Shown: piece by piece, positions 1-14,776 of the stretch
Layout of the letters: the number at the start of each line of letters is the position of its first letter
How positions within the stretch are numbered: the stretch's first letter is position 1
DNA from: Octopus sinensis
Lineage: Eukaryota
Assembly (NCBI RefSeq): GCF_006345805.1
Contig: NC_043005.1
Coordinates: 40,548,001-40,612,000, forward strand
Reading direction: 5' to 3'
DNA length: 64,000 nucleotides
Made by a program: the position numbers and the translations under genes
Notes under the pieces: generated by a model
Databases searched by the model: none
Told to the model about the DNA's origin: nothing
The model's input: only the letters and a program-made list of their open reading frames with translations

Positions 1-292
1 ACTGCTAAAACAGCTGATCTATGCTGTTGACTGGAAAGCGAAGCCGGGTACCTTTTCTCTGAAGAACAACCAACAAACCGTGAAACGCTCCGTCCGAAGA
101 CTCCCCTCCCTCCATTTTTTTTTTGTCTGCACATTAGTTTATATAGAATGTGCACACATTATTATTTAAACCAAAGTGAAGCTTTGTAATGTTTAAATTT
201 ATTTTTGTTCTGATTTACATTTTTGTGCATAATACGCAAACATACATACATCATACAAATATACATTCATACACATCTGCATACGCATAGAC

Positions 293-332
<40 letters not shown>

Positions 333-2004
333 ACTGTGAGTGTAGGTATGTGTCTTTGCATGTGCATGTTGGACCAAATGCATAAGCTGCGCCCTGGTGC
401 AGTGATTATTAGAGACGTGAGAGCAACAGGCAAAGAGACGAGGCAGCAGACAGCCTGGTGGGCTGTCATGTAGACAGACGACCGGGCAGAAAGGGAGAGA
501 GAGAGAGAGATAGAGAGAAGAGAGAGAAGAGAGAGACAAAGCGATAATGATAAAGATGGAAGAAAGAGGATGGAGAGAGAGAGAGAGAAAGAGAGATAAA
601 TAGACAATAATCACAGGACTATTTGCAATCGTTAGATGATCAACAGAGGTTGTAACTGACAGATTACACTTGCATAAAGACTACACGGACAACAGATGAC
701 AGATAATAGATAAAAAGACGGGAGAATAGGAGAGAAGTACTGAAACGTATATTTACAGACAGGCAGACAGACTGATCGATAATCAATCTGACTGATAGAA
801 ATATAATAAGCAAATAACTAAAATGATACAACTTTAATACAGCGACCCGTAACCCCTTCCTTTAATTCACACTTTATTGACCGAGTCTTCTTATTCCCCC
901 CTTTTCGGTTTCCTCTCTCTCTCTCTCCTACACCATAGTAAAGTAGCACCCCCCCTCTCTCTCTCTCTCTGCTGTTCTCTGTCGTTCTCTCAAGCTAAGC
1001 ACGTATCTCTTTTTCAAGCACAACCTTACAAATGATGCACACACACACACACACACACACATACACACACACACACACGCAATAGGAACATGCATACACA
1101 TGAGTGCATATGTATACGAGAAGAGGGAGAGAGCGAGAGAGTGCGTGTGTGTGTGAGAGAGAGAGAATGTATATATGTATGTATGTTATGCAGTTGTCCT
1201 CCAGCTTCCTCGTCTTACGATCAAAGCTGACCCGAGGCCATAAACATTTTACCGCTCTTCTCATTTAACCATAATCACACCACTATTACCACCACCGCCA
1301 CCACCACTAACTGCACCGCCGCTGCCACTACCACCACCACCACCACCACCACCACTAACTGCACCGCCGCTGCCACTACCATCATATGTTAGAACAGCTC
1401 TCTCCACTTTTTTTTTTTCAAACCTCTCACATTCTATATTACACTCCCCGCCAACTCGTCTTACTCTCATATTTCTACTATAAATCTATATATGTCACAC
1501 CATAACATTCGACTCGGCATCTGAATGAATGCTTTTTTGTTTGTTTGTTTGTTAGTTTCTACGTGAATGAAATGTCAAGAATTAGATATTTATATATTAT
1601 AAATAAATAACCTTATCGTTCGTTGCTTCTGTCTTCTCATTTTCCTTTTTTTTTTACTTTTTCCTCTCTGATTTTTTTTTTCTTCTTTTTCTTGACATCC
1701 TTTTCTGTTTCAGAATTCGCGCGCGTACTTGCATGTGCATGTATGTATGTATGTATGTATGTATGTATGTATGTATGTATGTATGTATGTATGTATGTAT
1801 GCATGCATGTATGTATGTATGTATGTATGTACGTATGTGTGTATGTATGTATGTATGTATGTATGTATGCATGCATGTATGTACGTATGTGTGTATGTAT
1901 GTATGTATGTATGTACGTACGTATGTATGTATGTATGTATGTATGTATGTATGTATGTATTTATGTATGTATGTATGTATGTACGTATGTGTGTATGTGT
2001 ATAT

Positions 2005-2560
2005 GTGTGTGTGTGTGTGTCAGTGTATCTGTATGTAATAAATGTTTGATTGTTTTAACTTTAAATATTTGTTTACACACGAAAAGAGATATATTCAGAT
2101 GTGTTAGTATACACATAATTATGTCTGTACTCTTCTCTTTGTGTGTATGTGTGTACATATATTTCTGTGTACGCTCCTCCATATCTGTGACTGATTCTGT
2201 AAATGTATGTGCTTCCCTATATATGTGTGCTCGTGTGTGTGTATGTTTATGTGTGTGAGTGTGTGCGTTTGTGTGTGTGTGTGTGTCAGTGTATCTGTAT
2301 GTAATAAATGTTTGATTGTTTTAACTTTAAATATTTGTTTACACACGAAAAGAGATATATTCAGATGTGCAAGTATACACATAATTATGTCTGTACTCTT
2401 CTCTTTGTGTGTATGTGTGTACATATATTTCTGTGTACGCTCCTCCATATCTGTGACTGATTCTGTAAATGTATGTGCTTCCCTATATATGTGTGCTCGT
2501 GTGTGTGTATGTTTATGTGTGTGAGTGTGTGCGTTTGTGTGTGTGTGTGTGTGTGTGTCT
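2005..2560. repeat. 266-bp direct tandem duplication bounded by (TG)n
   Basis: CAGTGTATCTGTATGTAATAAATG starts at 2021 and again at 2287; the two copies are nearly identical. Confidence 0.9.
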
Positions 2561-2778
2561 ACGTGTGTGTGAGTGTGTGCGTGCCCCTTGTGTGTAAGTG
2601 AGATATAATATTTGTGTAAGTATTGTTATTCGTTATTTTCGATTTTCAAAGAAAAACATCAAAAAACCTGATTTTTCCATATTGGCTTCTCGTGGTTTCC
2701 ACTCTCTAATTATTAACAAAATACGAACATTCATCATGGCAATATTTCTCTATGCCTCATAAAATCATTATTTTTTTC

Positions 2779-2823
<45 letters not shown>

Positions 2824-4215
2824 GGTCGTCGTCGTCGTCGTCGTCGTTCTGATAGTAGTGGTGGTGATGATGATGATGCTGATGGTGGGATGATAATGAT
2901 GATGATGATGATGGGATGATAATGATGTTGGTGGTGGTGGTGAGATGATGGTGGTGGTGGTGGTGATGATGACGATGATGGTGACGATGACGATGATAAC
3001 AATGATGATGGTGGCGGCGGTGATGGTGGTGGTGGTGGTGGTGGTGGTGGTGGTGATGGTGCGGAGGAGGAGAGGAGTATGTTTACAGACCTTTGCGTTC
3101 AACGTTCAAATTTTGCCGAAGTTATTTTTTGCCACTTTCATCTGTTAAGGGATGAGATCGATTTAATGTAACTAAAGAAAAGATCAAGTAAATAGAGTAA
3201 GAGTAATCCCAGATTAGAAACCAAGAGTTGGGCGTTCATAATCCAATTTCCGTCACCAATACGGCGTTATATGATTCATGCCATTGCCCATCTTAAAGTT
3301 GGTTGCCGTGGATGTTGCTTGACATTGGTCTTCTAGAGAAAATTTGGTTGCTCTAAAAAGCTTTCAGCTCTCACACAGATGGTTGCTTTTAGAATTCAGG
3401 AGGGTTGTGAAATTTGTATTTTTCGTTAAGGAAAGATCGTACACGTGTTCGAGGGGTCCTCTTTGGTGCACTGGACAGATTTACTAGTTGAACCTTTCTC
3501 ATGAATAATATAACTTCATCACATTTCGATGATGCGGTCCCACAGGCACATGAGCACTTGAAGATGACACAAGTCGAGATACTAGTTTTGTTAAAATGGC
3601 TTTGCCCATCTGGCTTACATATAAGCCACAGGGTAGGGACAGCGACAGGGTAGGGTGTAAAAGTTGTATTGTTAAGAAGTTTACTTCGCATCGGTTTCTG
3701 GTTTAATCTTATTGCGTAGTACTTTGGGCAAGTATTTTCTACGACATTGTCAGGTTGATCAATAACCAGTGAAACAAATTTGATAAACAGAAACTGAATG
3801 GAAGCCCGACAGTAAGACAGTTCCTGTTCTTAGGTGATCAATTTAATCATCTATCGGTTTCACACGGCTGCCACGGCCAGCAAAAGGGACCAACAACTCA
3901 GGCAATCATTCTAGTTATCACATGCTTAGAAGGCCACGTCATATATTTGGAATTTTCCAGGTATGGAAATGCATTAAATTCCTTCTGGATTTTGTCAAAA
4001 GAAAACTAGTTTTGAAGGAGGGCGGAGTCAAAAATTAATGCAATTTTTCTTTTTCTTTACTCTTTGACTTACATTGGAGATTTGGAAGGGAATGCAAATA
4101 AAGGTCGCATTACATTTTGACTCACTCTCGTATATCTTTTTATTTGATTAAGCCATTAGACTGAGGCCATGCTGGGGCACTGCTTTGAAGATTTTTTTTA
4201 ATCGAATGAATTGAT

Positions 4216-4422
4216 CTGAAAAGTTCCCGCTTTGGGTAAAAGAAAATACAGGAGGATCCGTTAATTATGATTTTATTCAACATATCCCACTCTCAGATTC
4301 ACACCATTATTGCAGCGATCCTTCAGTTTTTGTAAGCCATGTAAAAGAACTCGGAAGGCCGCACCTCCAACTGGGCCTTTCGTAACACCATTAAAGCTAG
4401 GAACTTTTCAGCACCCCCTCGT
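4216..4422. mobile_element. Tc1/mariner-type MITE
   Basis: CTGAAAAGTTCC at the left end and GGAACTTTTCAGCACCCCCTCGT at the right end are inverted termini of the mariner-like CGAGGGGGTGCTGAAAAGTTCC type. Confidence 0.55.
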
Positions 4423-4441
4423 GTGAGTGTGTGTGTGTGTA

Positions 4442-4513
<72 letters not shown>

Positions 4514-4899
4514 TGTGTGTGTATTATATATACATATTTATATATAGTAGAAAGTAAACTGCAAACAAAGTAATTTACAGTCGAGAAAAATGTTTTATAA
4601 AGATGATATATATGCTTTTCAACATCTATTCTTTTGCATCCATTCTTGAATTTATTAGGAGAAAATTCATTGCATCTGCAGAAGATTAACAGCACTGTTT
4701 GAACTTTCTGCCGTCCATTCATCCCCGCTCTGTTTGTAATAAAAATGTGTCAAGATCATTGCCAATAATTCAGATACTCTCCCTCCCTCCTCATTCTCTC
4801 TCTTAGTTATAATAATGAAAGCTTTGATGCTGCGTTTCAATTATTCTCTCGAACACTTTATTCCTATATTTAGTTTTCCGTCTTTGTAAATATTAGTTT

Positions 4900-5290
4900 C
4901 AAGTTTTGGCACAAGGCCAGCTAGTTCGGAGGCAGGGGACTGGTCGATGTAATCTACCCCAGTGCGCAACTGGTACTTATTTTATCGATTCCAAAAGAAT
5001 GAAAGGCAAAGTCGACCCCGGCGACAGTTGAACGCAGAACGTAAAGACCGACGAAATACCTATTTCTTTACTACCCACAAGGGGCTAAGCTCAGAGAGGA
5101 AAAACAAGGACAGACAAACGGATTAAGTCGATTATATCGACCCCAGTGCGTAACTGGTACTTATTTAATCGACCCTGAAAGGATGAAAGGCAAAGTCGAC
5201 CTCGGCGGAATTTGAACTCAGAACGTAGCGGCAGATGAAATACCGCTAAGCATTTTTTCCGGCTTGCTAAGGATTCTGCCAGCTCGCAAC
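4900..5290 (-). mobile_element. Octopus OK-like tRNA-derived SINE (internally duplicated)
   Basis: Reverse complement of the GAGCTGGCAGAATC...GTTCTGAGTTCAAATTCCGCCGAGGTCGACTTTGCCTTTCATCCTTTC family found in many copies across the window. Confidence 0.8.
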
Positions 5291-7844
5291 CTTCTGACTA
5301 TTAAAAATTGATTGTGCTTGTAAAGACACCGAAATTCAGCTTGTCCGGGGGTGGGGGAGCATCATTTGTAAGGTCAAATCTGACCACCATTAGGCACTGG
5401 ATGACTTTAGCGGAGATCTGCTTTAGATGGGTTGGGGGAACGTTTGACGGAAACTTGGCTGCTCTTTCTTGATGTTCAAGCAATCGCTTTGAGGCTTTCT
5501 TGACTTGTTGCAACTTACATCGATGAGATACTGGTTCCAAAAGAAGTGAAGACGGCAGCCTAATTTTTTTATGAAATTGCATCCTGAGACAGCACCATCT
5601 AACGAGCCTAGGGTGTGTTGCTCGGTTATTAAATTAGAACAATTTCAACCATTATCGCAATTTGTTTTATCTATTTCCAAACGCAATATAGTACTTTTCG
5701 ATACAATATGTTTTTTTTTTTATTATTTTCAAAAAGGGTCCTATACCTGTTACGTGTTCAGTTCATCATTTTCCTCAGTTCCAGGTGAGAGCCTCTGCGT
5801 TATTGTTCGACCTGCTAGAATTAGTAGGTAATTTTCCTCAAATTACACCTTGCTGTGTTTTAAAAAACGGGATGCGGACAGACTGGATATATGTAGTTTT
5901 ACACAAGTGGCATAGCATGAGCGCTGGAAGAAAAATATTTTTGGCGCCTCTCATCTTAATTAACATACATAATAGACCAGATGAAATTTGACCCACCTAT
6001 ACACCTGCACCCGTCGGAGTCATTTCCCCATCTCTTGTTACGCCTCTGTTAGATACACTGTCTTTGGAAAATGCATGATGGCCACGGTTGGAATGTGTTT
6101 ACTGATTTTGCCGTATACCACCTTCAATAGCCCTTCCCTTATGTATCAATGAGAGAATGTCTACATACCACTGAAGGAATCTTGACTTCCACCAAATAGC
6201 AGATAATACGGTCCTGAATTCCCTACACAGAGGGGGAAAAACAGATGGTCGTGACTAGAGAGCCTTTGATCGTAGGTGTGCTCAATCAGAGTTAACCTGG
6301 GATTAAATAACAACAATGATATCAATTACAACAACAAAATGTATGCAGAATCAAGATTGACCTGGAGCTAAGCAATAACAACAACAACACATCTTGATTT
6401 CAAGGAACACAGATTCATGAATGGAGATGGTAAGAGGTGAAACAATTTAAAAAGTAGCTGGTTTGTATCTCATCATTGGCATTGTTCTTTGACCCTGGCC
6501 TGCACACTTGATTCTCAAATTGTCCGCTCAACTTAAGCTAAAAGTAGATACCGTAAAAAAAGAGACAAGTTCGCCGCTCCAAATAGTCGCAGGAGTGTAA
6601 ATTAGGATTTATGAATGTTGGCACAAATGGAGCCGGGGCGAATGGAAAAGTCGATCATATCGACCTGAGCATATAACTGATACTGATTTTATCGATCCTA
6701 GAAGACCCAAAGGCAAAGTGAACTTCAGCAGGAATTGAACTCAGAAAGGAAAGGAATGCAACTAAATAGAAATAGTGTACATATTGATTTCTAAAGTAGA
6801 CAGAAGATCTTAAGTTTGTCGGCAAGATTTAGTCGATTAAATTTATCTAGTATTTTGATTGGTAGAAAATATTGACAAGCTTTTCTGTTCGCTATTTGTG
6901 TTGCATTCAATTCTTCTTACAGGTATAAACTGAACGCGAATAGTGGCTTACGGCAGGTTCGTTTGTCAAAAACAAAACTTCTTGGAGACGGAGGTTTCTG
7001 TGCCGCTTTAGCACTCAATGAATGAAAAGAATTTCTATTTGTCACACATCATTTGTCTCATCTTGTTTCGAATGAACCTGTTCTCTCGTTATTGGTCAAA
7101 AGAATATTTTTTTTAAATAGCAGTGACAAAGAATATCAATAGATTCAAAAGATTATCAAGATTTCCGTACGTACAGCGTGTGTCGTGTTTTACACAACCG
7201 ATGAAACTATATGAGTTGCAATTAAGATTCGCAAGTTCGGTACAAATCTTTCTTCTACCAGAGCGTTATTTTTAACAATAATACTTTGAGACAATCAATG
7301 AATATCGATCAAAATTTAATGTCAATAAAAACAATCATATACAATGCAAGTCTAACGAACCAGATCAATATGGAATCGTTCAGAAAAAAAAAAAAAACTC
7401 ATTTACGTATAGAAAAAAGAAAGAGAAGAAATGAGTACTGGGATAGATTTGGTGCTAACGTTTTCCTCTTTGGTTACCTGGGACGGTCGACACATTGATA
7501 TCCTCTTTCAAATTCTGTGTTACCCGACGAAGCCTATAGACAGTTAAATAAAGGTACCGGGTTGTAGGTAAAAGAGATTATTTCTGGGAATTCTATACAA
7601 ATAAATCCAAATATCCTGTCCTTTGTTATGCAATAATTCCAATAATACTGATTTCTGACTTGGAGCACAATATCTGAAATTTGGCGATGTGCGTATAGTC
7701 AACTGTATCGTTGCCAGTAATTGATTGGAACTTTTTTATCGACTTTTGAAGAATGAAAGGCAAGTTTGAACTCACAGCGTAAAATGTTTTAAATAAATAA
7801 TATCACGAGGCATTTTGGCCTTGTGGTGTTATTTTATTTACTAA

Positions 7845-8400
7845 GACGGCGAACTGGCAGAAACGTTAGCACGCCGGGCGAAATGCGTAGCCGTATTTCG
7901 TCTGCCGTTACGTTCTGAGTTCAAATTCCGCCGAGGTCGACTTTGCCTTTCATCCTTTCGGGGTCGATAAATTAAGTACCAGTTACTCACTGGGGTCGAT
8001 GTAATCGACTTAATCCGTTTGTCTGTCTTTGTTTGTCCCCTCTGTGTTTAGCCCCTTGTTGGTAGTAAAGAAATAGGTATTTTGTCTGCGGCTACATTCT
8101 GAGTTCAAATTCTGCCGAGGTCGACTTTACCTTTCATCCTTTCGGGGTCGATTAAATAAGTACCAGTTACTGGGGTCAATGTAATCGACTTAATCCCTTT
8201 GTCTGTCCTTGTTTGTCCCCTCTATGTTTAGCCCCTTGTGGGTAATGAAGAAATAAGAAACGTTAGCACACTGGGTGAAATGTTTAGCGGTATTTAGTCT
8301 GTCTTTACGTTCTGAGTTCAACTTGCGCCGAGGTCGACTTTGCCTTTCATCCTATCGGAGTCGATAAAATAAGTACCAGTTGCGTACTGGAGTCGACGCG
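7845..8400 (+). mobile_element. OK-like SINE, three tandem units
   Basis: A-box-like TGGCAGAAACGTTAG and B-box-like GAGTTCAAATTCC; the core is repeated three times. Confidence 0.85.
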
Positions 8401-8443
8401 CAAGAAATAATAGTCACATCTCCTCCAGATCTCTTATCGTTTA

Positions 8444-8790
8444 CTTGTTTCAGATGCTGGAGCACCGCCTTGAAAAGATTTTAGTACTTACTTTTTCCGT
8501 GAAGCCCGATACTTATTCTATCTGTCTCTTTTATCGAACTGCTAAGTTACGGGAACGTAAACACACCAGCACCGGTTGTCAAGCAGTGGTGAGGGACAAA
8601 CACATACATAAAGGCACACACACATATGTATATATTCGACGGGCTTCTTTCAGTTTCTGTCTACTAAATCCACTCAAAAAGCTTTGGTCAGCCCGAGGCT
8701 TATAGTTGAAGACACTTGCTAAGGTGCCCCGCAGTGGGACTGAACCCAGAACCATGTGGTGGGGAAGCAAACGTTTTACCTCATAGGCAC
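8444..8790 (-). mobile_element. Octopus OR1-like SINE
   Basis: Reverse complement of CCACATGGTTC.GGGTTCAGTCCCACTGC...AGCAAGTGTCTTC with an internal microsatellite; the family recurs across the window. Confidence 0.8.
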
Positions 8791-9815
8791 ATCGGCAGTC
8801 ATAACTGCTACAAAAGAACAAGTTGAATAAATGTAGTTCTGGCTTTCCTGCATGTCAAATAAAAGACATGATGGTCATGGCTGGAATGCTTTTGATCCTG
8901 GGTATACTCAGAGTTGACATGGAGCTAGCTAAACAATAATTCGTACATTAACCCCTTCCTTTAATGTCCTTGATATGTATGATGATTAAATAATAACACC
9001 GTATTATGTCAAGGATGTTGCAGACGATGGAGAGCTAAGTTATGCATTATTTGTTACTTAATTATCCCGATTTCAAATCTAGCCACAAATGACTTTGCAT
9101 TTCATGACTCTATGGTCGATAAAACCAGATGCAAATGATATACAGAATTCGATTCTTCCTTTGCAAATAAAATAAAAATGAAATAAATGAATAAAATAAA
9201 ACAAAATAAAAATAGGAACGGGTCTTGTGAAAAAAGTGTCAAGAAAAAAGAAAAAAAATGATAGGAAATCATTGTTTGATCTTAAGTTAGAACTGATGTT
9301 TCAATTTCAATAACATCAAATATGGAAGAAGAAAAGAAGAAGAAGAAGAAGAAGAGGAGGAAGAGGAAGGAGAAGAAGAAGAAAAAAAAATGCTAAAAAC
9401 CGAAATAAAAATTTCAAACGAAAAAGAAATGAGAATAAATCACAAATTTATTCTGAACCTAAAATAACAAGAGATCAATTCACACCGATGTATAAATAAT
9501 TCCTGACGCCGTCGAACTAATAAAACAAACAAACAAACAAATGAACAAATAAACAAACATAAAAGCAAACATAACACACACACACGCACACACACACACA
9601 CACACACACACGCACGCACGCATACACACGCACGCACACACAGTGATAATGCCATACACGTATCGATCAATCAGTTCAATAGTGATCGAGCCAACTAAAA
9701 TGGTGGCCATCAACGAGTGTTTTGCGCCAAGGGTGGTTTGTTTACAAGATCAATAAGTGACGATCTAGACTTATACACATATACAAAGACTCACACACAC
9801 ACACACATGCACACA

Positions 9816-9874
<59 letters not shown>

Positions 9875-9952
9875 ATAAGGGTAAATTCATACCTTGAATG
9901 TTTTAATAACAAAATTACTCGTTGCCAAGAATCATCAGAAATAAGCTAACTT

Positions 9953-10018
<66 letters not shown>

Positions 10019-10049
10019 TGTCTATATGTACCGATGTGTGCGTTTCTGC

Positions 10050-10093
<44 letters not shown>

Positions 10094-10164
10094 TATATAA
10101 TATTATTTTAATATATATATATATATATCCTATATATATATATATATCCTATATATATATATAT

Positions 10165-10199
<35 letters not shown>

Positions 10200-10876
10200 T
10201 ATACGTGTATGTATTTGTGTGTGTTTGCTCGCGTACGGCTTGTTTTGGGGTTTTTGCTGCTCATTTGGTGCTGTTTTGGTTGCTTTTTCTTTTGTACACT
10301 GTTATTTAATAATGGTTATGGAATCGATTCCAATGTTTGTTTTTTTCTCTCTCTTGGTGGTGGCGGGGTGGGGGTGAGAGGTTTGTCAGAGTGTTATGTT
10401 AATTGTTATTTTATTGAGAAGCTCCTTCCTATATAAATAAATATATAACTAAACAAACAAACAAACAAATATAATACACGTTCTCTGCGTCAACTAACGC
10501 TATTCTAGGTGTGAGTTCCGGCTTGTTTGCTAAGGCCTGTTATGTATATATATATATATATATGTATGGTTCTGGTGTCTGGCTTTTGTGTTTTCTCTGC
10601 AGTCATACCCGATGCACCTATTATTACCGGATCTGTTTGTATTTTTCACTACCTCCTGCTTCGTTAACTTTTTGCGATCTCTTTGTGATCAATATTTCGG
10701 TTAAAGAAATAACGGAATAAAAAACTATAAAATTTAAAAAATGGTGTTTGTTTAACGGAATTGGTAAAGTAACGGATGAAAAGCGCTATACGGTTTTATA
10801 CATCTTTATTCTGAGTTCAAATCCCGTCGGAGTCGACGTTATTTTACATTTTTTATCGAGTATGATATATATATAT

Positions 10877-10942
<66 letters not shown>

Positions 10943-10943
<1 letters not shown>

Positions 10944-11120
10944 GGGAGAATTCACACAAAAAAAAAGACGATGACTGGTGGTGTAGAAAACAAACAGATG
11001 TATTTGTATAACGCTCGGGAATTGAGAAAGTCTTTAACGTTTCGAGCCTACGCTCTTCCACAGAAAGAAACAAGGAGAGAAAAAAAATGTGTGTAGTGGC
11101 TAGCGATCTATCATGGCGAA
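10943..11120 (-). mobile_element. (TA)n-inserted ~180-bp element with hammerhead-like motif (Penelope pLTR / retrozyme-like), copy 1
   Basis: Flanked by TA repeats; homologous to 14524-14698, 15515-15733 and 40996-41195. The minus strand reads CTTT CTGTGGA A GAGC GTAG GCTC GAAAC GTT AAAG at 11067-11032. Confidence 0.7.
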
Positions 11121-11149
11121 TATATAAATATATATGTCTTCATGTATTC

Positions 11150-11645
<496 letters not shown>

Positions 11646-11647
11646 GT

Positions 11648-11681
<34 letters not shown>

Positions 11682-11696
11682 GATATATGTATATGA

Positions 11697-11731
<35 letters not shown>

Positions 11732-11800
11732 GTATGTATATATCTAACCATATATATGTGTGTATATATATATATATATATCTATATATATGTGTATATA

Positions 11801-11841
<41 letters not shown>

Positions 11842-12801
11842 ATGATTAATATATAATCTTATATATATATATATATAATATATATATATATTATATATAT
11901 GATATATATATCTATATATATATATATATATATGGTAAATATCGTGATGTTGGTGTATAGAGTGTAATCTCCACTCCAAAAAGACAAAAACAAAAAAAGT
12001 CTTATACAAAGAATGTTTTTTGATTAAAATAAGGAAATGAGAAATAAGCATGGTACAGATTATCCATCGTAGCAGCAGAGCCCCAAGCAAACAAAATATC
12101 ATGCGATATATATCTTCTATGTTTCTTGAGATTCGTCTTCGCATACAATGATACTTTTCAGTCTCTATATATTGATCTGTGTGTGTGTGTATGCCTCTGT
12201 GTATATGTATGTATGTGGAGGGGGGAGGGTTAATATATGTATACACAGACATAAAGGCAACAAAACCGCCCGTATGTTAGAAACCCCTAAACAAGTTTAA
12301 CCCTACAAAAACTGGGATTTTTAATGAAGTTCACTTGCAACTTGCAAGATTTAGAAAACAGTGGAGCTACTTTTACAATCATCGTAGTTTGGGATGCAAC
12401 GGTTCTATTCAAATGTCTGACGATTCTAAAGCACCTTCGTTGCTTTCGAGATGAAACGTCTTGTAAAGATATAAGTAAACACTGAAATTACAAGATAACA
12501 CATTCAAAGGCAGAGAGCTGGGAGAGTCGTTAGCTTGCCGGACAAAGTGCTTATCAGCATTTCTTCTAGTTTTATGTTTTGACTTCAGTGTCTATTGAAG
12601 TAGACTTTACTATTCATCCCTTCGACGGGAGTCGATAAAATAATATGTAGCAGCCAAATCAAAACAATGCAGGCTATAAAAATTGATAACAGAGCTCGAT
12701 GGTCAACACTATTAAGCTGGTATTTCGAGTCTGGCCTCCTTCTTCAGAAAATTTACGGAGATAAGCTGTTGATAGCTGATGTCTATTTAGTGTGGTGTGT
12801 G

Positions 12802-12868
<67 letters not shown>

Positions 12869-13209
12869 TGTGTGTGTGTGTGTGAAGGATTGCTTTGCAT
12901 TACTATAACATCAAGTCAGCTGCGTGCAACTCAGGTCTGTTATGAATTACCGGGCTGTACTTGTTAATGAAAATAACTTCTTTTGTTCTTTATAATATGT
13001 ATTATATTATATAGGCAGGTCTATAAAGCATACATATTTGAGCTACAATACACATTTTCTTAAAAAAACAAAACAACAAAAATCTGAAGAATATTTCTCT
13101 AAGAAAGTTGGCAAAAGTTGATCCTAGTATGCTGTTTGCTAAAATGGGTCACAATGATCAGAGCTTGGAAATCACCTCGTTAGGGTGTTGTTAACTGTCA
13201 CATGTGTGT

Positions 13210-13550
13210 GTACAAAAAAGAGAGTAAAGACCCCTTCGGTCATGAATGACCATGGGAGTGCATTTCCCGTGGCACAAGCCCAAGGGAGGTTGTTTATGGA
13301 AGACCAACAGTTGTCCATACATACCAGCCTCCCCTCTCTGTGCCACCGATGTTGTTCAAGGAAATATTAAGTCCAATACAACTTGGCACCAGTGACGACG
13401 CAACTCATTTCTGCCGCTGAATGAACTGGAGCAACGTGAAAATAAAGTGTCTTGCTCAAGAACACAACACACAACCTAGTCCGGAAATCGAATTCCCTAC
13501 GTCATGATTGTGAGCACGGCGCTCTAACCACTGAGCTATCCGCCTTCATG
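13210..13550 (-). mobile_element. OR2 / Ceph-SINE-like element
   Basis: Reverse complement of GCTCAGTGGTTAGAGCG...GTTGTGTGTTGTGTTCTTGAGCAAGACAC; homologous to 27237-27555 and 62712-63010. Confidence 0.75.
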
Positions 13551-13934
13551 CTCACACATACGCACACATACATATGTACATGTGTGTGCAGATAAGTGGA
13601 AAAAAGGCACCTGAAGTTGTACTGATTGATACGAGTGGTTGAAAGGAAAAAGAAAATATAAAACAGAGATGAAAGTGAATAATTCCAATTGTCTACTGAC
13701 ATTCACTAAACAGCCTTTGCTCTTCGTCTCTTACTTCGCTATTTTTAGTTAGCAGCCAAAGCATGTATTGATCCTGTGTTACGATAATGAAACCTAATGG
13801 TTTTTTTAATCAAAAACTTTCATGCATGCTTGCTTTTACTCTTTCTGTTTCAGCTAGAAACTGACCATATTTCTAATTTGCATCTCCATTTCCTCTCATT
13901 AATGACATTTTTTGAAGCAATCGGTTATTCTCTG

Positions 13935-14345
13935 TGAGGTAAGAAACTTGCTTCCCAACCACATGGTTCCGAGTTCAGTCACACTCCGTGGTATCTTGGG
14001 CAAGTGTCTTCTGCTATAGACTCAGGCCGACCAAAACCTAGTGAGCAGATTTAGTTGACGGAAACTGAAAGAAGCTCGTGTATATACGTGTGTGTGCGTG
14101 TGTGTGTGCGCGCGCGCGCATGCATGCGTGTCTTTGTGTCCATCTTTGTCCCCACCGCCACCGCTTGACAACCAGTGTTGATGTAATTATGTCCTCCGTA
14201 AATTAGCGAGCGGTTCGACAGAAGAGACTGATGGAATAAGTATTAGGCATTTAAAAAATGAGTACTAGGGTCGATTTGTTCGACTAAAACCCTGCAAGGC
14301 GGTGCCCCAGCATGGCCGCAGTCAAATGACTGAAACCAGTAAAAG
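13935..14345 (+). mobile_element. OR1-like SINE
   Basis: GGTAAGAAACTTGCTTCCCAACCACATGGTTCCGAGTTCAGTC head and GGCGGTGCCCCAGCATGGCCGCAGTCAAATGACTGAAAC tail. Confidence 0.85.
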
Positions 14346-14382
14346 AAAAAAAAAATAAAGGATTGCTTCTCTCCTGCGTCTG

Positions 14383-14463
<81 letters not shown>

Positions 14464-14523
14464 AATCCTTTTATTCTTTTACTGGTTTCAGCCGCTGGGG
14501 GCACCATATATATATATACATAT

Positions 14524-14696
14524 AGGGAGAATTCACAAAACAACAAAAGACGAAGATAGGTGGTGTAGACAACAAACAGATGTATTAGTATAACGCTGGG
14601 GAAGTGAAGAAGTTTTTAACGTTTCGAGCCTACGCTCTTCCACAGAAAGAAACAAGCAGAGAAAATAAAGAATGTGATGTGTAGTGGCTAGCGATC

Positions 14697-14698
<2 letters not shown>
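14524..14698 (-). mobile_element. (TA)n-inserted hammerhead-like element, copy 2
   Basis: Homologous to copy 1; motif at 14649-14614 on the minus strand. Confidence 0.7.

Positions 14699-14776
<78 letters not shown>

Noticed and set aside
251-3148. Many ORFs such as [16 protein letters not shown], poly-S/T/V
   Set aside because: Translations of (TATG)n, (CA)n, (GA)n and trinucleotide microsatellites; the same applies to similar ORFs throughout the window.
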